DNA of 64,000 bases from the NCBI GenBank assembly GCA_022571365.1, contig JACZXZ010000008.1:2262-66261 (forward strand), written 5' to 3'. This DNA comes from Pseudomonadota bacterium. Its GTDB lineage: Bacteria > Pseudomonadota > Alphaproteobacteria > G022571365. Position 1 is the first letter of the stretch; every line of letters starts with the position of its first letter. A program made the position numbers and the translations under genes. Under the pieces are notes generated by a model, which saw nothing but the letters and a program-made list of their open reading frames with translations, was not told the DNA's origin and searched no databases. Positions 57,778-64,000 of the stretch are shown here, piece after piece.

Positions 57778-58774
57778 GGTTCATCTGGACGCTGGTTTCC
57801 GGGAGCTCGGTGCCGAAGCAGCGCTGGTAGTACTCGGCGACGGTGGGGCGCTCCGCCTCGTCGCACTTATTGAGGAAAGTGGCCCGGAAAGAGAAGGCCA
57901 CGTCGCCGAAGATCTCGACGTTTTCGGCCCAGGTGATGGTGGTCCGCGGCGACATGACGGTCGAGATGTCGCCGGCGATGAAACCGGCACGGGTCAAATC
58001 GGCGAGCGCGACCATGGCGCGGATCAGCTCGCGTCCCTCCTCGGTGTCATGGCTCGGCACCTTCGCGAGCACGATCGCCATCTCCTCACCGTGGGGCAGG
58101 TAATTGAGCGTGGCCACGATGTTCCAGCGGTCCATCTGCCCCTGGTTGATCTGTTGCGTGCCGTGGTAAAGCCCGGTGGTGTCGCCCAGGCCGATGGTGT
58201 TGGTCGTCGCGAACAGGCGAAAGGCCGGGTGTGACCGGATCACGCGGTTCTGATCCAGCAGGGTCATCTTGCCATCGGCCTCGAGCACGCGCTGGATCAC
58301 GAACATGACGTCCGGCCGCCCCGCGTCATACTCGTCGAAGCAAAGCGCTATGGCGTGCTGGGCCGCCCAAGGCAACAGGCCCTCGCGGAACTCCGTCACC
58401 TGCTTGCCGTCGCGCAGCACGATGGCGTCCCTGCCCACCAGGTCGATGCGGCTGATGTGGCTGTCCAGATTGATCCGGATGCAGCCCCAGTTGAGCCGCG
58501 CCGCCACCTGCTCGACATGGGTCGACTTGCCGGTGCCGTGGTAGCCCTGGATCAGAACCCGCCGGTTGTGGGCAAAGCCGGCCAGGATGGCCAATGTGGT
58601 GTCGTGATTGAAGCGGTAGGCGTCGTCGATCTCGGGCACATGCTCGTTGGGCTGGCTGTAGGCCGGCACCTTCATGTCACAGTCAAGGCCGAAGGTCTGA
58701 CGCACCGAGATGGTGATGTCGGGAGTGCCGAGGGGCTCGGCGAAGTCATCTCCGGAGGAGTTCTCAACGGTCAT
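57770..58774 (-). CDS. cobS: Cobaltochelatase CobS subunit-like AAA+ ATPase (MoxR family)
   Basis: 334 aa with Walker [10 protein letters not shown] and Walker B ALCFDEYD. Overlaps the cobT start. Confidence 0.85.
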   Translation of the reverse strand: MTVENSSGDDFAEPLGTPDITISVRQTFGLDCDMKVPAYSQPNEHVPEIDDAYRFNHDTTLAILAGFAHNRRVLIQGYHGTGKSTHVEQVAARLNWGCIRINLDSHISRIDLVGRDAIVLRDGKQVTEFREGLLPWAAQHAIALCFDEYDAGRPDVMFVIQRVLEADGKMTLLDQNRVIRSHPAFRLFATTNTIGLGDTTGLYHGTQQINQGQMDRWNIVATLNYLPHGEEMAIVLAKVPSHDTEEGRELIRAMVALADLTRAGFIAGDISTVMSPRTTITWAENVEIFGDVAFSFRATFLNKCDEAERPTVAEYYQRCFGTELPETSVQMNLV

Positions 58775-58828
58775 GACGGCGGATTTTGGATTGCGATTGT
58801 TTTCGGTTGCCGGGGAGGACTTGCGCCG

Positions 58829-59554
58829 TCAACACAGGAAAGCGTTTTTAAGGGTGGTGTAAGCTTGGTTGATGCGTTTGAGCCGATCTTCCCCTGTCTT
58901 GTCACCGCCATTGGCGTCGGGGTGGTGGCGTTTGGCCAGCTCCTTGTAGCGGGCCTTGATCCGTCCCCGGGTTACCGAGGAATCGAGATTCAGGATCGCA
59001 AGCGCTTCTTCCTCGGGCGTTTGCGGTCGCCAGGGGCGCCGTTCGGACGCGCCCTCGGGGCCCCGCCCGTTCCCGGCGCTCGCGAACAGTCCGAACACGT
59101 CATCGGGGCGCCCGTAGGCGGCGCGCCAGCCGTGCAGCACGCGGCCACCTATCGGCCAAGTCGGCCGCCGCCAGACGGTATCCGCTCTGATATGGGCCTC
59201 GATCTCGGTCTCGCTCATGCCGGTGTAATAGTTCCACGCGGCGTTATAGGCGCGCACATGGCCGAGACAGAACCAGTAGTAGTTGGTGAGCTTTTTCCTG
59301 GACCTGGGCGCAGGATACACGCCTTCCCCCTGGCAGTCCGGGTGGTCGCACCACCGGGGCCCCTCCGCAGGCTCGTCCAGCGCCGGATTGAACGGTTCCT
59401 GTCTCGTGTTGTACACGCCGAGAGTATGGCGGGGTCCAATCCGGCTGGCAAGCTCTAGTGCTCGGCCAGGAGAGGAGGGATGAGGCGGGTCCTCGCTGTT
59501 GACACGGGGGGCGCGCGGCATCAGTTTTCCGGGACCTGCTGCCAAGCGATTCAC
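58829..59554 (-). CDS. J-domain (DnaJ-like) protein
   Basis: C-terminal J domain with HPD (RYKELAKRHHPDANGGDKTGEDRLKRINQAYTTLK). N-terminal CxxC-containing region. A likely start lies at 59521. Confidence 0.7.
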   Translation of the reverse strand: MNRLAAGPGKLMPRAPRVNSEDPPHPSSPGRALELASRIGPRHTLGVYNTRQEPFNPALDEPAEGPRWCDHPDCQGEGVYPAPRSRKKLTNYYWFCLGHVRAYNAAWNYYTGMSETEIEAHIRADTVWRRPTWPIGGRVLHGWRAAYGRPDDVFGLFASAGNGRGPEGASERRPWRPQTPEEEALAILNLDSSVTRGRIKARYKELAKRHHPDANGGDKTGEDRLKRINQAYTTLKNAFLC

Positions 59555-59568
59555 CCGGGGCTCCGACC

Positions 59569-59844
59569 ATGCGCGTGGCCGACCAGATCCGCCGGAAGCT
59601 GACCGCGGGCCTCGCTCCCGCGCGGCTTGAGGTCATTGACGAGTCCCATTTGCACGCCGGCCATGTCGGCGCGCGGCCGGAAGGCGAAAGTCATTTTCGC
59701 GTCGAGATCGTCTCCCGGGCCTTCCAGGGGAAGTCGCGGATCGACCGCCAGCGGCTGGTCTACCGGATCCTCGCGGAGGAGCTGGCCGGCGGGGTCCATG
59801 CGCTGGTGGTCAAGGCCCTGACGCCCCGGGAAGAGGGCGGCTGA
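59569..59844 (+). CDS. bolA: BolA-family protein
   Basis: 91 aa. The HLHAGH...SHFRVEIVSRAFQGKSRIDRQRLVY is the BolA signature. Confidence 0.8.
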   Translation: MRVADQIRRKLTAGLAPARLEVIDESHLHAGHVGARPEGESHFRVEIVSRAFQGKSRIDRQRLVYRILAEELAGGVHALVVKALTPREEGG

Positions 59845-59876
59845 CCGCGTCCGTCCACCGCATCCGTCCGCCGCGA

Positions 59877-60046
59877 CCCCCGCCGGCCTTGAACGCCCCG
59901 CGATAGAGCTCCGACTGAGCTGCGCTCTGGTTCCGGGGCCTGCTTCGAGAGTCCGCCGCGGCCCCCGCCGGCCTTGAACGCCCCGCGATAGAGCTCCGAC
60001 TGAGCGGCGCTCTGGTTCCGGGGCCTGCTTCGAGAGTCCGGCGCGG
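59877..60046. repeat. Two tandem ~85-bp repeats in the convergent intergenic region between bolA and the tlyC/corB-family gene
   Basis: cccccgccggccttgaacgccccgcgatagagctccgactgagc[t/g]gcgctctggttccggggcctgcttcgagagtccg[c/g]cgcgg occurs twice, nearly identical. Confidence 0.8.
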
Positions 60047-60096
60047 CCGTGTCAGGGCCCTCAAACAGGCTCTAGGTCAAGAGGAGTCTCGTCGCT

Positions 60097-61386
60097 TTAG
60101 GAGCTCTCCGCCCGGGCGCCCCCGTCCGGCGGGGTGATCCGGATCGAGGTGATCTGGTTGCGCTTGCGCCGGAGGATTTCGAACCGGAAGCCGTAGAACT
60201 GGAACACTTGGCCGGCCTCGGGAATCCGGCGCGCCTCCTGCAGCACCAACCCCGCCGCCGTGGCGGCCGCCTCGTCTGGCAGGTCCCATTCGAACTGGCG
60301 GTTGAGGTCGCGGATGGTGACGGTGCCGTCCACCATATAGGAGCCGTCGGCCAGGGTGCGCACGCCGGCCACCGGCAGATCATGTTCATCGGCTATGTCG
60401 CCGACGATCTCCTCGAGGATGTCCTCGAGCGTCACGATGCCCATCAACGCGCCGTATTCGTCCACCACCAAGGCGAAATGCTCGCGGCGCCGGCGGAACG
60501 CCTGCAGCTGCTCCAGCAGGCTGGTCGATTCCAGAATAAACCAGGGTTTCGCCGCCACCGTATCGATGTCGAGTCTGTCGAGTCTGCCCTCGTGGGTGCG
60601 CACTTCCTTCAAGAGCGCCTTGGCATGGAGCACGCCGACGATGTTGTCGGGCTCATGGCGCCACAGCGGGATTCGGGTGTAGGGGCTGGCGACCGCCTCG
60701 TCGATGATGGCGGCCGGTGGTGTCTCGGCGTCGATCATGGTGACGTTCTTGCGGTGGGTCATGATCTCCCCGACATCGACGTCGGCGAGGTCGAGGATGC
60801 TGCGCAGCATGGCGCGTTCCTGCCCGATCTCGGGCGCGCTTCCCTTGTGGAGCTCGATCGCGCCGCGCAGCTCCTCTTCGCGCGCCGACAGGCTGAGCTG
60901 GGCGCCGAGCTCGCTCCCGAACAGCTTGAGCGTGCCCCGCACGACGATCTGTATGGCATGGGTGACGGGGGCGAGCACGAAGACGATCACGCGCAGCACG
61001 GGCGCGACCGCCAGCGCCAGCCGGTCGGCGTGGTTGATGGCGTAGCTCTTGGGCAGCACCTCCGCGAAAATCAAGATGAGCAGCGTCATGACGACGGTGG
61101 CGTAGGCCAGCCCGACTTTGCCGAAAAGGCCGAGCAACACGCTGGTTGCCAGCACCGAGGCAAGGATGTTGACCAAATTGTTGCCAAGCAGGATGGCGCC
61201 GATCAGCTGCTCCCTGTGCTCGCGCAGGCGGTTGACCAGGCCGGCGCGTCGGTTGCCAAGCTGCTCCAGCCGATGCATACGCGGCCGGGAAGCCGCGGTG
61301 AGCGCCGTTTCCGAACCGGAGAAAAAGGCGGAAAGAACCAGAAGAACGGCAATCGCGCCGATTAAAACCAGGAGGCCCGTGTCCAT
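60097..61386 (-). CDS. CNNM/TlyC-family hemolysin-like membrane protein (DUF21-CBS-CorC_HlyC)
   Basis: An N-terminal DUF21 TM domain (FFSGSETALTAAS), a CBS pair and the C-terminal transporter-associated domain. Confidence 0.85.
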   Translation of the reverse strand: MDTGLLVLIGAIAVLLVLSAFFSGSETALTAASRPRMHRLEQLGNRRAGLVNRLREHREQLIGAILLGNNLVNILASVLATSVLLGLFGKVGLAYATVVMTLLILIFAEVLPKSYAINHADRLALAVAPVLRVIVFVLAPVTHAIQIVVRGTLKLFGSELGAQLSLSAREEELRGAIELHKGSAPEIGQERAMLRSILDLADVDVGEIMTHRKNVTMIDAETPPAAIIDEAVASPYTRIPLWRHEPDNIVGVLHAKALLKEVRTHEGRLDRLDIDTVAAKPWFILESTSLLEQLQAFRRRREHFALVVDEYGALMGIVTLEDILEEIVGDIADEHDLPVAGVRTLADGSYMVDGTVTIRDLNRQFEWDLPDEAAATAAGLVLQEARRIPEAGQVFQFYGFRFEILRRKRNQITSIRITPPDGGARAESS

Positions 61387-61556
61387 GGCTTGGCCGGTTT
61401 CCCTTCAGCTACTCGTCGATCGCGGCGCCATTCCGGGTTCCGGTGCGGCGCGGGCGGCTGGGGCGGCTGGACCGGCTGGGGCGGCTGGACCGATAGGCTC
61501 GTGCCGGGTTCAATCTCAGGCCGCCTGCCCCCCGCCATCCGACCGCGCCGGTCGCA

Positions 61557-62672
61557 TCACGCGGCGCTCGCCTGTTCGAGCAGCGCTTCGACCTCGGCCG
61601 GCGGCACCTCGCGGGTGAGGAACGCCTTGCCGATGCCGCGCGCCAGCACGAAGGTGATCGTGCCGTCCCTGACCTTCTTGTCCTGGCGCATGCGGTCGAG
61701 GAGCGCGCCGGCATCCCAGCTCCGTCGCCCGATTCTCTCGATCCCGGTGGGCAGGCCGGCGGCGGCGAGATGGCGGCGCACCCGCTCCGCGTCCTCGGCC
61801 GGACACAGCCCCAACCGCACCGAGAGGTCGAAGGCCATGACGAGGCCCACGGCCACCGCCTCGCCGTGCAACAACTCCGGGCCGTAGCCGGTTTCGGCCT
61901 CGAGCGCGTGGGCGAAGGTGTGGCCGAGGTTCAAGATCGCACGCGGGCCGGCTTCGCGCTCGTCCGCGGCGACAATCCGGGCCTTGGCGGCCGCGCTCGT
62001 AACCACGGCGTGGCGGCGCGCCGCCTCGTCGCCCTCGAGAAGGCGCTCGCCGTTGGCCTCGAGCCAGGCGAAGAACTCGGGATCGTCGATCAGGCCGTAC
62101 TTCACCACCTCGGTGTAACCGGCCCTGAGCTCGCGGTGCGGCAGGGTGGCGAGCGTGCCGATGTCGGCGAGCACCAGGCGCGGCTGGTGGAAACTGCCGG
62201 CCAGATTCTTGCCGTGGCGGGTGTTGATGCCGGTCTTGCCGCCGACCGAGCTGTCCACCTGGGCCAAGAGCGTGGTCGGCATCTGCACCAGGTCGATGCC
62301 CCTGAGCACGATGCTGGCGGCGAATCCCGCGAGATCCCCGATGACGCCACCGCCCAGGGCGATCAGGGTCGTCGTCCGTTCCACCCGGGCCTCGATCAGG
62401 TCTTCGATCAGTCGTTCCAAATGGCCGAAATCCTTGGTCTGTTCGCCGGCCGGGAGCACGATGCGGTCGTGGGCAATGGCGGCGTCCTCCAGCGCCGCCT
62501 CGAGGCACTCCAGATGAAGGGCGGCGACCGTGGCGTCGGTGACGATGATGACCCTCCGCTGCCTCAACAGCGGCGCAAGATGGCGGCCCGCCGCGGCCAG
62601 CAAGCCGGTGCCAATGCGGATGTCATAGCTGCGCGGGCCGAGCTCGACCCGCAGCTGGGCGTCCTCGGTCAT
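61557..62672 (-). CDS. aroB: 3-dehydroquinate synthase
   Basis: GGGVIGDLAGFAAS is an NAD-binding motif. There are metal-ligand His residues (NLGHTFAHALE, LLHGEAVAVG). Confidence 0.9.
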   Translation of the reverse strand: MTEDAQLRVELGPRSYDIRIGTGLLAAAGRHLAPLLRQRRVIIVTDATVAALHLECLEAALEDAAIAHDRIVLPAGEQTKDFGHLERLIEDLIEARVERTTTLIALGGGVIGDLAGFAASIVLRGIDLVQMPTTLLAQVDSSVGGKTGINTRHGKNLAGSFHQPRLVLADIGTLATLPHRELRAGYTEVVKYGLIDDPEFFAWLEANGERLLEGDEAARRHAVVTSAAAKARIVAADEREAGPRAILNLGHTFAHALEAETGYGPELLHGEAVAVGLVMAFDLSVRLGLCPAEDAERVRRHLAAAGLPTGIERIGRRSWDAGALLDRMRQDKKVRDGTITFVLARGIGKAFLTREVPPAEVEALLEQASAA

Positions 62673-62676
62673 GGGA

Positions 62677-63258
62677 TCACCGGTCACCACCGGATGCTGC
62701 TTTTACCCGACCATCGGCGGTTTGCAGGTAGCGCTCGATCGCTCGGCAGACCCGGTTGGCCGTGACATCGGGCGGCCCGTCGACGCTGTCGACGACAATA
62801 TCTGCCTTGGCGTAGCTCGGGTAGCGTTCCTCCATCAGCCGCTCAAGGGTCGCACGCCGGTCACCGCTCTTCAACAGCGGCCGGTTGTTGCGCCGTGCCG
62901 TGCGGCGAAGCAGGAGGTCCAGATCGGCCCTCAGCCATAGCGAAATGCCGCGCTCGCGAATCTTGGTCCGGATCGCGGGGTCCATGAAGGCGCCGCCGCC
63001 AACGGCCAGCACATGCAGCGGATTGTCCAGCAAGCGGAGGATCACGCGCCGTTCGCCCGCGCGGAAGGCTTTTTCGCCGTGGACCGCGAAGATGTCCTCG
63101 ATGGGGCAGCCGGCCGCCGCCTCGATCTCCCGGTCGGCGTCCACGAAGGGCAGGTCGAGCCGCGCCGCGAGACACCGGCCGATGCGGGTCTTACCCGCGC
63201 CCATCAGCCCGATGAGCACGATGGTCTTGGGCACCGACAGGGCCTTGAAACCGATCAT
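62677..63258 (-). CDS. aroK: Shikimate kinase
   Basis: P-loop GLMGAGKTRIGR and the shikimate kinase fold. Typical aroK-aroB overlap. Confidence 0.85.
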   Translation of the reverse strand: MIGFKALSVPKTIVLIGLMGAGKTRIGRCLAARLDLPFVDADREIEAAAGCPIEDIFAVHGEKAFRAGERRVILRLLDNPLHVLAVGGGAFMDPAIRTKIRERGISLWLRADLDLLLRRTARRNNRPLLKSGDRRATLERLMEERYPSYAKADIVVDSVDGPPDVTANRVCRAIERYLQTADGRVKAASGGDR

Positions 63259-63566
63259 GGCGGCGCAAGCATCCGGTCGATGGGACCCGCGCGTTGTCGA
63301 AAGGCGGTTGTGCAGCCGTGAGAGTGCCGTAAAATCGCCACAGTCGAAGTCTAGCACAAAATCGCGCTTCATGTCGTGACGGTGCGGATTTCCGGGAACG
63401 CTTACGACCGGCCGACGGTCCAGGATTGTCTGAGCAGGGCTCATCCATGATTAGGTTCTCGCGCATCGTTATTGTGGTGGTGATTGGGGCCATCGTGGGC
63501 GGCGCCGTGTTTCTTGCCAACTGGGACATGCCGCCGCCTTCTTCCATGGTCGAGAAAGTCATCCCG

Positions 63567-64000
63567 AATGACCGTTTCCCCCGCTAGGCGTCTTGCCGCC
63601 GCGGCCGCTTGTCTCGCCCTCGTGACGGCGGCGGGGGCGGCGACGGGCGCTCGGGCGGCGCCCACCCCTCTCCTCGCTCAGGTCGAGGCTCCTGTCCCGC
63701 TCGGGCCGCCCCAGCCGCTCGTGCCCGAGCCGCGCGAGATGTTCGAGCCCGTCGAGTCGGAGCCGTCTCCGCCGCCGGTGACGGAGGAGATTCCTCCGCC
63801 CGTCCAGGTCGGCCCGTTGCAGGCTGTCGATCCCGACTCGATCGGGCTCATCGACGAAGCCCGGGGCGGTTTTGGAATCGACATGTGGCGGGGAACCAGC
63901 CGCCGGGTGGTTGAATCGCTGCTGCCGGCCCTGCCGGCGGCGACGCGCTCGCGGGTGATGCGCGATCTCATGCGCCGCCTGCTTCTCTCGGCGGCGACGG
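63567..64000 (+). CDS. Secreted hypothetical protein, N-terminal part (continues beyond the window end)
   Basis: The open frame starts at ATG 63567 and is not closed within the window. It has a signal peptide (MTVSPARRLAAAAACLALVTAAGAATGARA) followed by a Pro-rich region. Confidence 0.4.

Overview
High-GC (roughly two-thirds G+C) alphaproteobacterial chromosomal segment, probably from a Rhodospirillales-like organism. It is dominated by housekeeping operons.

Gene content in order: trkH (partial), folE, apaG, an ompA-like lipoprotein gene, metZ preceded by a candidate SAM-II riboswitch, a radical-SAM gene and tRNA-Gly(CCC). Then come the znuA / zur-znuCB zinc-uptake locus with a perfect Zur-type palindrome, ctaA, a sulfate-assimilation operon (cysI, a CysG-N-terminal-like gene, cysH, cysD; no cysN), pgk, pcm, a PQQ-type sugar dehydrogenase gene and a NUDIX gene. 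Next are ftsY, mtaB (apparently frameshifted), dapF, ffh, rpsP-rimM-trmD-rplS, leuCDB, asd, a lysE-like gene and pdxY. A CitE-like acyl-CoA lyase/thioesterase gene and a MaoC double-hotdog hydratase gene (Mcl2/Mch- or Ccl/Ich-like) precede a large TCA cluster: sdhCDAB, mdh, a divergent sucCD-like paralog pair, an ACT-domain regulator gene, canonical sucCD and sucAB. The window ends with cobT-cobS, a J-domain gene, bolA, a tlyC/corB gene, aroB-aroK and a partial secreted-protein gene.

The most unusual locus is a two-gene module at 53.3-55.6 kb on the minus strand, lying between sucB and cobT. The upstream gene encodes a TPR-plus-beta-barrel outer membrane protein. The downstream gene encodes a secreted FecR-like protein whose C-terminus is a complete Hint / bacterial-intein-like domain (Cys1 ... 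TxxH ... HN). That domain is encoded by a strikingly AT-rich (about one-third G+C) cassette of roughly 460 bp. The cassette sits inside a GC-rich stretch bounded by 29-bp imperfect direct repeats and is followed by a truncated duplicate of its own 3' end. This looks like a horizontally acquired, possibly mobile, autoprocessing module.

Other notable signals:
- A second, divergent SucCD-like NDP-forming acyl-CoA synthetase pair plus a two-ACT-domain regulator inserted between mdh and the canonical sucCD.
- Lys/Ala-rich histone-H1-like C-terminal tails on ribosomal proteins S16 and L19 and on malate dehydrogenase.
- A REP-like hairpin repeat present in tandem in a 760-bp non-coding region and also in-frame inside sucA.
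- Numerous short tandem duplications at gene 3' ends and in promoters.
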